The position numbers and the translations under genes are program-made. Below, piece by piece: positions 1 to 22,085 of a stretch of 64,000 bases of DNA. The stretch's first letter is position 1, and each line of letters starts with the position of its first letter. Source of the DNA: the human T2T-CHM13v2.0 reference genome, Homo sapiens; NCBI RefSeq assembly GCF_009914755.1, contig NC_060927.1; one strand, written 5' to 3'. Below the pieces are notes generated by a model, which ran no database searches, was not told the DNA's origin, and was given only the letters and a program-made list of their open reading frames with translations.

Positions 1-20
1 TATGAAAACAGACTAATACA

Positions 21-533
21 ACACCCAAAGGAATATAAATCATTCTATCATAAAGACACATGGATGCACATGTTCACTGCAGCACTACTCATACTGGTAA
101 AGACATGGAATCAACCTTAATGCCCAGCAATGGTAGACTGGTTAAAGAAAATGTGGTACATATACACCATGGAAGGCTTTGCAGCCATAAAAAAGAACGA
201 GATCCTGTCTTTTGCAGGGACATGGATGGAGCTGGAGGCCATTATCCTTAGCAAACTAATGCAGGAAAGGAAAACCAAATACCTCATGTTCTCACTTATA
301 AGTGGGAGCTAAACGATGAGAAAGCATGAACACACAGACAGAAACAACAGACAGTGAGGTCTAATGGAGGATGGAAGTCTAGAGGAGGGAGAGAGTCAGG
401 AAATGTAACTAATGGGTACTAGGCTTAATACCTGGGTGACAAAATAATCTGTACAACAAGTCCCTGTGACATAAGCTTTCCTATATAACAAACCTGCACA
501 TGTACCCCTGAACGTCAAATAAAAGTTAAAAAA
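21..533 (+). mobile_element. L1 3' end (old L1PA/L1PB type), preceded at 1-20 by the end of a MaLR LTR
   Basis: ORF 130..312 resembles the L1 3' region; ends aaacctgcacatgtacccctgaac...aataaaagttaaaa. gaaaacagactaataca resembles a THE1/MST LTR terminus. Confidence 0.85.
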
Positions 534-689
534 TCAATTTTCATCTTCAACAAACTCAGAAAATACATGTAACCCCTAACCACAATATAAGAATATATTA
601 ATATGGACAGCAGGAGGATGAGCAGAGAGCATTTAAAATCACAGAAAGGGTAGAAAAACATGATAACCATATCTCTAAGAAAAACAAGC

Positions 690-1041
<352 letters not shown>

Positions 1042-1784
1042 CTATTTTAGCTTAGTAGAATCCAGACACCATCAGCTATTAGAAGTAGTAGGTTCCATAG
1101 AAGATGAAGTGTGTTATGGTCTGAAAATAGGAATATTATCTCAAAGTCTGTATAATAAGCAATTAAATCCCCAAGTCTCTACTCCAAGCCAGGCAGTCAA
1201 GCAATTCCTTTATGACACATTCATTTTGGAAGTCCAGACATTTATCTTCTCAAGAAAATAAACCAAAAATCCAGAGTCATCAGACATATGTGTGTGATTA
1301 TGTTTGGTTTGTGTGAGTGCCCTGAGTGTTTCTTCATTCTATCTAACTCCAAAAGAGCAGACAGCAGCCAAGCTTAAGTGGACTGGAAGATCCTTCTGCA
1401 AAGAGGCTGAACTTCTCCAGGGAAGACAGTGATCACTAACAACAATTGAGGATCTATAAAAAAAAAAAAAACTAACTGACCACCAGACTGCTCGATAGTG
1501 ATGCTCACCAATCTGGAAGCCAGAGTCAATGTCCCATCATGCCAGAGGTGAACACACACACCCCTCTGCTATTGAGCTTTTTAGTATCTCACTATCAACA
1601 ATAACTACAGAGCCAAGAAACAAATATTTGAGGAAAATGTCCAATATGAATTACAGTTTAAAAAGCAGAGAATAAGAAGAAAAAAGGTTAGGACTGACAG
1701 CAGAAGAAAACCTCAGAGAAATAATTAATACCATCAACGAAAAGGTATCTACGAAACACAGAATATTTCAAAAAAGGGAGACTT

Positions 1785-2088
1785 GGGCCGGGTGTAGTGG
1801 CCCAAGTGGCGGGGTGTAGGGCCTCCCAGCCCTTTGGGAGGCCGAGGCAGGCAGATCACCTGAGGTCAGGAGTTCGAGACCAACTGGCCGACATGGTGAA
1901 ACCACATCTCTACTAAAAATGCAAAAATTAGCCAGGCATGGTGGCACATGCCTGTAATCTCAGCTACTCAGGAGGCTGAGGTCGGAGAGTATCCCTTGAA
2001 CCCAGGAGGCATAGGTCATAGCGAGCCAAGATCGTGCCACCGTACTCCAGTCTGGGTGACAGAGCAAGACCCCGTCTCAAAAAAAAAA
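1785..2088 (+). mobile_element. Alu (S-like)
   Basis: gaggtcaggagttcgagacc and ctactaaaaat motifs, A-tail. Confidence 0.9.
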
Positions 2089-2972
2089 GGAAGACTTGGA
2101 AAATAAGAAAGAACTCTTAGAAATGTAAAAGGATACTCAAAATTAATAAACATGAGGTAACACAGTGGACAGAAAGGACAAAGAAATGGAAAATAAACAT
2201 ACATAACACTGTATCATCACAAAATTTCAGGATATCATCATGAAATTTCAGTAACAAACAAAAAAATCTGCAAAGCTTCCAAAGACAAGAAACAGGATCA
2301 CAACCAGAAGTCTAAAATTAGCACTGGACTTCTCAACAGCAACTTTGGAAACGAGAAACAAAATCTTAAAAAAAAATTTTCAATTATGAAATTTAAATTG
2401 GGTCAAACTATTAAGCAAGAAGCTACAACATGTTTTTCAGGCACGTAAAGTCTCAAATACATATTTCCCAAATTGTCTTTTTCTCAAGAAACTATCAAAA
2501 AATATGCTACACAAAAAGGAGAGAACAAATTAAGAAAGAAAGAAAACAAAAGATAATAGGGGATCTAAAAAAGAAAGACAAAAAATTCAAACAGCAGAAA
2601 CAATTAAGTAGCATCTAAATTTTAGAAAATGAGGCATAATTTTAAAAAATTAAAAGAAAAAAAGTCAAAAATTTGATCAGAACACTTGTTTAAAAATAAA
2701 ACCAAAAAGCTTCACAAGTACACATGACAAAGAAACTTAAAATAACAAGTTATGGCATAGTCATAAGATGGTACCATTATAGAGAATTTTTATTTTTGTA
2801 CTTTTCTCTTTTTCTGAATTCTCTGTAAGTAGTATATGTAATTTTATATACACTGAAAATATTCTAGTGTACAATATGAAAACGAAAAGTATGTTAAAAC
2901 ATTTTTCAAGTTCTGTGCCCTCTTTACAACCAAACCAAGTAAGCTTAGCTGTTCTCTATATTAAAATCACAA

Positions 2973-3789
2973 GGATATGAACAGACACTTCTCAAAAGAA
3001 GACATTTATGCAGCCAACAGACACATGAAAAAATGCTCATCATCACTGGTCATCGGAGAAATGCAAATCAAAACCACAGTAAGATACCATCTCACACCAG
3101 TTAGAATGGCAATCATTAAAAAGTCAGGAAACAACAGATGCTAGAGAGGATGTAGAGACATAGGAATGCTTTTACACTGTAAGTGGGAGTGTAAACTAGT
3201 TCAACCATTGTGGAAGACAGTGTGGTGATTCCCCAGTTATCTAGAACTAGAAATATCATTTGACCCAGCGATCCCATTACTGGCTATATACTCAAAGGAT
3301 TATAAATCATGCTACTATAAAGACACATGCATACGTATATTTACTGCGACAATATTCACAATAGTAAAGACTTGGAACCAACCCAAATGTCCATCAATAA
3401 TAGGCTGGATTAAGAAAATGTGGCACATATACACCATGGAATACTATGCAGCCATAAAAAAGGATGAGTTCACGTCCTTTGCAGGGGCATGGATGCAGCT
3501 GGAAACCATCATTCTCAGCAAACTATCACAAGGACAGAAAACCAAACACCGCATGTTCTCACTCATAGGTGGGAATTGAACACTGAGAACACTTGGACAC
3601 AGGGTGGGGAACGTCACACACCAGGGCCTGTCGTGGGGTGGGGGCAGGGGGAGGGATAGCATTAGGAGAAATACCTAATGTAAATGATGAGCTAATGGAA
3701 GCAGCAAACCAACATGGCACATGTATACCTATGTAACAAACCTGCACATTGTGCACATGTACCCTAGAACTTAAAGTATAATTAAAAAA
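2973..3789 (+). mobile_element. 5'-truncated L1PA (about PA5-7) 3' end with TSD
   Basis: ORF2 C-terminus, 3'UTR and A-tail. TSD aaaatcacaa at 2963-2972 and 3790-3799, at a TT/AAAA endonuclease site. Confidence 0.93.
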
Positions 3790-3804
3790 AAAATCACAAC
3801 GTTG

Positions 3805-4105
3805 GGCTGGGCATGGTTGCTCAGGCCTGTAATCTCAGCGCTTTGGGAGGCCAAGGTGGGCGGACTGCCCGAGGTGAGGAGTTCGAGACTAGCCTGGCTA
3901 ACATGATAAAACCCCGTCTCTCCCAAAAATACAAAAATTAGCTGGGTGTGGTAGTGCACGCCTGCAGTCCCAGCTACTCGGGAGGCTGAGGCAAGAGAAT
4001 CACTTGAACTCAGGAGGGGGAGGTTGCAGGGAGCCAAGATTGTGCCACAGCACTCCAGCCTGGGTAACACAGTGAGACTCCATCTCAAAAACAACAACAA
4101 CAAAC
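3805..4105 (+). mobile_element. Alu (S-like) with (CAA)n tail
   Basis: Full dimeric Alu. Confidence 0.92.
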
Positions 4106-4791
4106 AACATTAGACAATTACTAAGTGACTTATGTATGTTACATATTTAACAAAAATTATTTCATCTATATGACTCAGGAAACAAAAGATAAATTATTTC
4201 ATTTAAGCTTCCCAATACTACCACGAGAAAGGATTATTAGTATCTATGCTATAAAGACGAAGAAAGGCACAGGAGTTACATAATTTGTCCAAAGTCACCA
4301 AGTTAATAAATTCAAGATATGTAATGCTTATAAAGTAATTTTTAAAATCCTTGTTTCTTTACAAAAACTGGCTGCCAAAAGAAAGCTAATTTTCAGAACC
4401 GATGATAGAACGTAAAAGACAATAATACTAAGAAAAAAGTTAGAAAATTTCAAGTTATTATAGACCTAAATATACAGATTCAAAAAAGTAATTACATTTT
4501 AAAGTTATACTTTATTTTATGGGTAAAACTACATGATATAGTGGTATTTGCAGATTTCACCAACTATTGGGCATTAATCCCACGAGAACATCAGAAGTCT
4601 GTTATATACAAACCCTAGAAAATTGAATAAAGATTTTATATCTGGAGGAGGGATGAAAAACACAACGGTGAAAAAGTAAAGTAAGACAAAGTAAAAGTAC
4701 AAAGCAATGAAAAGGTCAAACTCTAGAAGAATTTTGAAAAATGAATATAAAAAAATAAAATGTAAATACAAAAAGGAAGAGCAATTATTTA

Positions 4792-5283
<492 letters not shown>

Positions 5284-8200
5284 TTAACAGCGGTTCTTGA
5301 AAGTTTATCTACTTGTTTATTTATGATTTCCCCATCTGTCATGTCTTATTACTTTTTATTAAAATAGAACAAGCAAATCAATAAATTCTGAGTAAAACCA
5401 TAAAGGAAGGGAAATATTGGCAAATACTATTATCCGTTTTTCTCATTAAAGAATAATAGAATAATAGCTGCAGCTTACTAAATGCCAAGCATTGTCCCAA
5501 GCACTCCTAATCTCTTTTCTTTCCCACTTTGCAAATAAAGAGAGTAAGACCAGTTATGTTAAGGACTTGTCCAAGGTTATCCAACTAGTAAAAGACAGAG
5601 ACGAATATGAATTCAGACAGGCACGCCAGAACCCATTCTATCAACCACAGTATTACATGATTTCAGCAACTGAAGGCCAAATAAAAAGACTTCAATTTTC
5701 TGAGGCAAAATTATTTTCAGCCTCTGATCATAAATTAAAGCAATTTCATATGTCATTTCCTTCCTCAGAGGAAAAGTCTGGAGATGCCGATTCTATAAGA
5801 AAAGTTAATCAATAATGAATCATATGTGAATATAAAATCAACCATAAGGTATAAAGAAATGTTTATCCCTCAGGAGTCTGAGAGTGACTTATTGATAAGC
5901 ACTGATGAAGACTGGCCTTGTGATGATCTTGACCACATTTTCTAATTTTTTCCCAAATTCATTTTAGGAGGGAAAAAAGAGAATAGAAACAATCTTCATG
6001 TCATTATTAGTACAAATTTTGTATTTTAACTCCCTTTTGTTCAAATTAGAACTTTAGAAGTCAGAGGCAGCCAGCATTAATATATTTATAACATCACAGA
6101 AAATTATGTAGGTGAGAAAATAACAAAATATTAAAACGTTAACCAACATTACTCAGCCTGAATGTTGCCCTCTAACAAAAATTTGAAGTCAACAAGTTGT
6201 AAAGTATTGGTATACATTTTAAAAGCAAATGTCTAAAAATAAACATAATCCTGAAAAGCAATTCTTTGAGAGTAAAATTTTAACTTCATAATACCAAACA
6301 AGAAAGTGGTAAAACAAAGAAAATCTTACCTATTTTTGAACTTAAAAGGAAAATATTCCCTCAAAAAATAAAAATGTCATCAAATTTGAAAATAAAAAAG
6401 TTCCCAGTCTCAGATTGTAAATCCACCAAAATAATTATGACACAATGTTTCTTACATAAATTAAATCCACAAACTGTACTACTATGTCCCACTGAGATAG
6501 CTATTTCAAATAAAAATAAGGGCACTTAGCTCTGAAGATCAATAGTTAATGAAAACTACAATGTAAAGCTTATTAAAATGGGCCAAATAACTAGGACAGT
6601 ATGTTTGAAAATTCCAACGAAGGGATTAAAGAAAATATAAAATTTAATTGTTAACAGTCTCTTTCAATTTAATGGTAAAATATATTCTAAAAAGAGAGTT
6701 TACCTCCAATGGAAAAATAAGAATATACTTATGAGTGTGGAATAAACAGACATAAAGAACTATATAATGATAAAAAAAACTTTTAATAAAAATGTAAAAG
6801 TATACAATTAAATGCAATGCATAAACACTGACAACAGGGACACATATTGAATTCATAACAGGAAAATGGGATATTTGGAAAACAGATTAAAAATACTACT
6901 GATAAGACCACTCTGATGACTTATGAAGCTCTGGAACTCATCACATCTGTACCCTACAAAATAACTAACCTGATTGTCTCTCTTCTCAGCTAAGATTTAA
7001 GCAATGTCAAGGAGCATTTTATTCCAAAGCCGATAATCATATCTGGCCATAACTGCCTTGTAACTGTCCATGCACATAGTCTTTGAAGCAGAGGATTAAA
7101 TGTTCCTGCCCATTTTATCTAGTCCCCAAGACTTGTCCTGCAAAGTGAATAAAAATGATTATCTTTTAATCTATTCCTCGTACATATACCATTAAAAATA
7201 AGAAGAGGGCAAAGATGAGAACAAAATGTCCTTGAAAAGAGGGATAATTGTTGTCCAGCCTGGAATTAAGTTCTCAGCAAGCCCTCTGTGCTTTGTTGAA
7301 GGGTAGGTGACTGCTATGTCTCACATTTTATACAAGTGAGCCTTGGAAGATATAACCATTAATTAGTGTAGACACATGGGAATTACAGTAATACGTTAAA
7401 GTAAATTGAGAGAACAACTGAAAAGTTTTATCCTTTGAAAATTCCGTATAAACGTATGTTGTTAATTTGTTTTTTTGATATCTGATTTTGAAAAATAATT
7501 TCGAATTTAAATAGGCTACATGATGATACTAATATAAAAAGAACACAGGTGAAAACAAAATCACATTCATCAAGTAGTTTTAAAGGTTATGATGAACGCA
7601 GGTAGACCGTGGAAAAGAGACACAGAAAGGCAATGGGGGGAGGCAGGAGACACTCAATTCAAAAGGAATAATGAAAATATATTTAAACATACACAAGATT
7701 AGCAGATGGAGATAACCAAAGGGATAAGTATAGAGAAAACAATACAATGAAAGTTACTAAAAATGAGCAAATGAAAAGGAGAGCTGAAATGGCATCAAAA
7801 AGGCAGTAAAATACAGTAATACTGCATTTACATGGCAGTGAAGGACAAATGCAAATGAGTTAAAGTGCATTGTTCACAAAATAAAACAATGTTTTAAGAG
7901 TCAAAATATTCTGCGTATTTCTATAATATAGCACTCCTCTTATGTTCTTAGAGTAAATGGCATACAATTAACCTTTTAAACAGAATGCACACAAGTTTCT
8001 AGATTAAAGAAAAGTAGCTTGCCCCTACAGAGAAGCCAAAGGTTGTGCTCTATCTTGAGAACTGTAAACTAATTTTTGTGTCTTCTTCTTTTAAATGGTC
8101 ATTTCACAATACTATCAGCCCTCAATTAACTTATTGCTTCTCCTTCTCTCTTGGCCTTGGGAAACCCAGATAATAACTTCTGCATAAAAGTAAATTCGTT

Positions 8201-8904
8201 AATTCTTATGACAGCAAAGTTGGTTATTTACAAGCAATTTCTACTTTATTTTCAAGGTTTTTTTTTCCAAATTGCTGAATTTCCTATGCATGTGACAATC
8301 AAGTAAATGGGCATTACTGTACACAGAAAGAAGTAAGACGAAAAGGAACAGAAAGTATAAAGAAAAGAAAAAAAGCAACGACCAAATGCAGAGGATACTA
8401 CGAAAGGTTGGCGAATTAGAAAAAAAAAGTCTAACATTATATAACTGTTTGAATAATAAACAGTATTTTTACAGTAACTTTTTAAAAAAGATAAACAGGG
8501 TAAAAAATCTTTTTCTTCCTGATAATGAGGAAGAAGATACTCTCAAAACACAGTATGAACTGTGTCTGATGTATGTTCTACATAGGTATTTTTCAACAAA
8601 TTATATTTTTAATCTTTTGAAAAAAGATAAAATTGGGTAAAATATCTCCCTCTCTTCCTAATAATGAGAAAAGAACACTCTCAGAAAAAACAAACTGTGC
8701 TTCATGTTTACTTGGTTAGGACTGTAACTAACAGAATAACAGACACTAATATGAATTAATATGAATTAACTGAGTAAGGGAAAAATGAGAATTGGGAAAA
8801 AAAGAATGTAAAAACATATACACAACTCCAGTTATTATCTTATTGGCTTTGGGCAACAGGTTAAGCCAAAAAATAACAAAATTTTAAAGCAGATATTTGC
8901 AATG

Positions 8905-9020
8905 TGTAGTTCCCAAATCACCAGCATCAACATTGCCTAGGAACTTCTTGCCCAGCCATCTGTTTGAACAAGCTCTGTAGGTGATTCTGGTGTGTGCTAA
9001 AGTCTGAGGAACAGTGCTTT
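8905..9020. mobile_element. MER5A-like hAT DNA transposon remnant
   Basis: accagcatcaacattgcctagg...ggtgattctgg...ctaaagtctgaggaacagtgct resembles MER5A. Confidence 0.6.
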
Positions 9021-9929
9021 AAATAAATTAGATAAATGAGAAATTAAAATTTAAATGCAAAATGAAATGTAACTAATGAGTCTAAATCTGGTTTATTATG
9101 ATAATAAGTAAGATGAATATAGGCAAAGTTACTGCTACTAAAAAAGATGTAATTTGGGAGTATTTAAACATACACTTATGAACACTCAACAAGTATACAC
9201 ACACTCCATTATGAATGAAAAAAATAGTCATTTTAGGTAGGCACAGTTAAAGCAGTGACGGAAAAATAGAACAATTGCTAAAATAAGAAAATTACCTCGT
9301 TACTGAAAACCAAGAAAAAAAATGAATATAGTTGGTTGACAAGTTGTCATGATAATTCTAAAAGAAAGCAAAAGTGAAAACTAATCTGTTAGTTCTTCAA
9401 ATTATCTACAGCCTACCTTAAGAACTGACTTTAAAGATGTTAATATTTGAGTATGTTTAAGTTATTATAGCACTAGGAATAGGAAGAATGTTTGTTACCC
9501 TAATGGACAGAATTGTTTCAAGTATATAAACAAGTATTTACCCACTTATCTATAATAATAATGAGCAATAAAACAATGTAATTATGCGATGAAAAAATAC
9601 AATAAATTTGGAATTTCAACTATTATTACTTGGGTTTTCCAAAGAATTTGGCCTAGTGGTCTCTTAAAATTTCTTCAGTTATAAATAAGGATGTACATTA
9701 GTAACTAAACATTCAGACAGACATTTGATGACACTGGCCAGAAAATTTCAATTTTCATTCTTAAGGCTATCAAATGCCAGTTATGAAAACAGGCATAAAT
9801 TTTAACAAAAACTATTCAAATGACTGTTTTATTCTAATTAAATTTTTAATTAAATCTTCTCATTAAGTTTGTAATCAGAATAAAACATAGTCAACAAAAC
9901 TAAATGAAAAGGAAATAAAATGTTAATTA

Positions 9930-10139
<210 letters not shown>

Positions 10140-11254
10140 CTAAAAAACAGAAAAAGAACATATTAAGTATGTCACATTACAGAGTTTGATGAAAGCTTTT
10201 TTTTTCTTCCTACCTACATAGGAACCCTTTTTTGCAAAGCAGTTATAGAAAGAAATAGGTGACTTTCATAGCACATTTGATTGCTTTATTTCTCTTTGAT
10301 TTTGATCTGCCACAACTAAGTAATTCTTAAAATACTCAAAATTACTATTTTAGAACCAGCATCTACTTTATTGTTCTAAGTCTTTGGTTGAAAATAATAG
10401 TTCCACTTTGTTGTATTTGGATCATAGTTGAGGTAATCTGAAACAGTAAAAAAAATTTTTTAAAGTTTAGACTAGAAAGGATGATTGCCAGTTGAATTTT
10501 GATGAAAGCTATCATGATACCTGTGTCATACCACATCTTTCAATATTTTAAATTGAATTTTTAAGAAGTGAGAATTTCAAAAGTATAAGCATTTCATTGG
10601 GAAGTGCAAAAATAATCTTACACATCCTAAATTCCAACCAAATTTCCTCAAATTTTACTATGAACTTCATTTTAATACCACTTCATACACTGGACTGATT
10701 AAGTTTTCTAAGAAAACAATCTGAGTTCTTGATATCACCAGGTTGTGTCATCTTGTTTTAAAACACAAAACGTAGAGTACAACCCAATTGGTTAGAGGTT
10801 TCTCTGTCTAGTGTAAGACACTTAAGTACAGAAATGGAAATTAACAAGGTAGGGAATGAGGAATTCTGTGAACAAGGTTGCCTGAATATTCTCAATGTGT
10901 AGCTTTTTGTCCTTTCTAGAACAAAGTGCTGCTAGGCAAATTTCTTTATAAATGAGGCCTTGAGCTCTACTGGAGTCATAGGAAAGAGAACTAGTGTGAT
11001 ATACAGAACACCAGATCCCAAGAACAGGTAACAAAAAGCAGACACTACAGGAGAACGGACTCAGAGTCAAAATCCCAAAAGTTAGTTAATGTTGGTGTTA
11101 GATGAGTGGTAGGGAGCACTACATGACGGGGAGTGTGAGTGTAGATTGGAGAAGTTACATAGACTAGAAAGAAAAGATGCTTCCTAAAGGTATCTCAGCA
11201 GCCTACCTGCTGCTTCTATATCACAAAACCCCACTATAGTAGAGTTCCTCTTGT

Positions 11255-17112
<5,858 letters not shown>

Positions 17113-17394
17113 GAGATGTGCAGATATCAATTAAGGAAACAGGAAACATGAAAAAGCAAAGAAACTTGACATCTCCAAAGGAATACAATAATTCCCCAGC
17201 AACAGATGTCCCCGCACCGCCCCCCCCCCAAAAAATCACTAAGTCCTGGAAAAGGAATCCAAATTATTTATTCTAAAGAAGCTCAGTGAGATACAACAGA
17301 ATTCTGAAAAACAATACAGAGGAGTCAGCAAAACAATTCAGCATATAAACCAAAAATTTACCAAAGAAATAGATATCATTAAAAGGAACCAAGT

Positions 17395-17766
<372 letters not shown>

Positions 17767-19145
17767 TCAACAAAAGACTGGATCAAGCAGAAAAATGAGT
17801 ATCAGAGCCTGAACACAGGTCTTCTGAAATAATTCAGCCAGACAAAAATAAAGAAAAATGAACTATGCCTTTGTGATATATGAAATACCACAGAGCACCC
17901 AAATGTTCAATTTGGGGTCCCAGAAGGCCAAGACAGAATGAAAGCATTTTAAAACCTACTTAATAAAAGAATAGATGGAAACTTCCCAAGTCTAGCAAGA
18001 GATACAGACATTTAGATACAAGAGGCTAAGATCCAAAAAGGTCTTCTTCATGGCACGTTATAGTCAAACTGTTTTAACGTCAAAGACAGAGAGAATTCTG
18101 AAAACAGCAAAAGTGTCTAGTCATATATAAAGAAACCTTCATCAGACTACCAGTAAATTTCTCAGCAGAAACCTTATAGGACCAGAGAGAATGGAAGGAC
18201 ATATTCACACTGCTAAAAGAAAACAACAACAACAACAAAAAACCCTGCTAGTCAACAGCACTATATTCAGCAAAACTATCTTTAATAAATGGAGAAATAA
18301 CATTTTTCCCAAACAAGCAAAAGCTAAGGAAATCCATCACCACCAGATCTGTTCTACACAAAAAAATGCTCAAGAGAGTCCTAAAACTGGATGTGAATGA
18401 ACAATGTTTACCATGAAGAAAACACACAAAAGTATAAGTCTCACTGGTAAAGCAAACACACATATGAGGAAGATAAAATAATCAAATGACACTGCTACAG
18501 AAAATCACCAAACAACAAAGAAAAACAATAGGAGAAAAAGAAAGAAACAAATAATATTACAAAACAACCAGAAAACAATTAACACTATGACAGGAACAAA
18601 GGGTCACATAGTAATATTAACTTTGAATGTAAACGGATTAAATATTCCACTAAAAAGACAAAGACCAGATGAGTAGATAAAAGACAGGATCCAACCACAT
18701 GCTGCCCACAAGTAATGCACTTTACCTGTAAAGACACATACAGACTGAAACTAAAGGGATGGACAAAGATATTCCACACAAATAGAAATGAAAAGTGAGC
18801 AAGAACAGCTATACTTATGATGAGTGAAACAAACTGTACATCAAAAACAGTCATAAAGACAAAGGTCATTATATAATGATAAAGAGATTAATTCAACAAT
18901 AATAATTAATAATTTTTAGTATATATGCACCCAACAGTGGAGCATCCAGATTTATAAGGCAAACATTACTAAATCTAAATAGACTCCCAGACTATAACAG
19001 AGACTTCAACACCTCACTCTCAGCATTCGATCATCTAGACAGAAATTCATTAAAGTAACACTGGATTTAAACTAGATCTTAAACCAAATAGACTTGACAT
19101 TTATAGGACATTTTATCCAACAACTGCAGAATACACATTATTCTC

Positions 19146-19192
19146 TGAGATCAGACAAAATTGGGTGCGTTCAGGGTGGTATGGCCATAGAC
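19146..19192 (-). pseudogene. 5S rRNA pseudogene fragment (nt 1-47), no poly(A), flanked by an 18-bp TSD
   Basis: Reverse complement GTCTATGGCCATACCACCCTGAACGCACCCAATTTTGTCTGATCTCA matches 41/47 to the recalled human 5S 5' end. TSD agaata(c/t)acattattctc at 19128-19145 and 19193-19210. Confidence 0.93.
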
Positions 19193-19547
19193 AGAATATA
19201 CATTATTCTCATTAGCACATGGATAGACCATATGTTAAGCCACAAAACAAGTCTCGTCAAATTTTTAAAAATCAAAATCATATGAAATATCTTCTCAGAC
19301 CACAATGGAATAAAACCAGAAATCAATACAAAGAGAAACTCTGAAAACCTTACAAATACATGAAAATTAAAAAACACACTCTTGAATAACCAGTCAACGA
19401 AGAAATTAAGGTGTAAATCAAAACATGCCTTGAAATAAATGAAAGTGGAAACACAACATACCAAAACCTGTGGGATATAGCAAAAACTGCAGTAGGATGA
19501 AAGTTTATAGAAATAAACACCTGCATCAAAAGAGTAATAAGGTTTCA

Positions 19548-20648
<1,101 letters not shown>

Positions 20649-22085
20649 GAGTAGTAAGGTTTCAAAGTAACAATTTAATGATGCACCTCAGGAACTAGAG
20701 TAGGAAGAACAAACCAAATGCAAAATTAACAGCAGAAAAGAAATAATACAGATCAGACCAAAAATAAATTAAAACTAAAAAAAATACAACGGATCAATAA
20801 AATGAAAAGATAAAACTGATAAACCACTAGCTAGATTAACAAAGACCCAAATAAAAAAAATTAGAAATGAAAAATGAGACATTACAACTGATAACACAGA
20901 AATACAAAAGATCATCAGAGACTATTATGAACAACTATACACTAACAAATTGCTTGATCATGGTATATTACCTTTTTGATGTCTGTTGACTTTGGTTTGC
21001 TAGAATTTTTGTATCTAACTTCATCAGGGATGTTGGCCTGTAGGTTCCTTTATGTTGTTGTTGTTTTTGCTGTGGCCTTATCTGGTTTTGCTAACAGGGT
21101 AATGCTGGCCTTCTAGAATGAGTTACTGAGAATTCTCTCCCTTTAAGTTTTTTGGAATAGTTTGAGGAGGACTGGTGTTATTTCTTCTATCTTTGGTAGA
21201 ATTCAGCTGTGAATCCTTCTGGGCCTGGGCTTTTCTTGGGTGGGAGACTTTTTATTACTGATTTAATCTCACTACAAACTCACTAATACACCATGATCAA
21301 GCAAAATTTACATAAGGCATTCAAGGATGGTTTAACGTATGCAAATCAACAAATGTGATACATAACATCAACAGACTGAAGGACAAAAACCCTATGATCA
21401 TCTCAATAGATGCAGAAAAAGCATTTGGTAAAATCCAACAACGCTTCATGATAAAAATTCTCAATAAACTAGGCAAAAAAGGAATATACCTCAAAATAAC
21501 AAAGTTCATACATGACAAACTCACAGGTAACATCATACTGAATGGGGAAAAGTTCAAACCTTTTCCTTCAAGAACTGAAACAAAACAAACATGCCCACTT
21601 TTACAAGTCTTATTCAACATGGTACTGGAAGTCCTAGACAGACCAATCAGGTAAGAGAAAAAACAAAATACATCCAAATTGGAAAAGAGGAAGTCAAACT
21701 GTCCCTCTCAGCAGATGACATGATCTTTTATTTAGAAGAACCCAAAGCCTCTACCAAAAAATTCTTAGAGCTGATAGCAAATTCAGTAAAGCGCTTTACA
21801 TTTTTTCAACATATAAAAATTGGTTTCTATATACCATTAATAAAACAGCTGTAAAAAAATCAAGATGGCAATCCCATTTACAACAGCTAGAAAAAATAAA
21901 AGATCTAGAAATAAAGCTAACTAAAGTGAAGGATCTCTATAAGGAAAACTACAAAAGACTGATGAAAGAAACTGAAGAGGACACAAACGAATGGAAAGAC
22001 AACTCATGCTCATGAATCCCAAGAATATTGGTAAAATGTTGGTAACCACTGAATTTTTTCTTTAAAAAAAGGTTGGTAAAATGAC

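Noticed and set aside
1786-1825. Scrambled Alu 5' end with ggtgtag(t)ggcc repeated
   Set aside because: A small local duplication or replacement with no functional implication.
22028-22083. Direct repeat ttggtaaaatg around a ~34-nt insert next to the MST LTR
   Set aside because: Too short and low in complexity to assign an origin.
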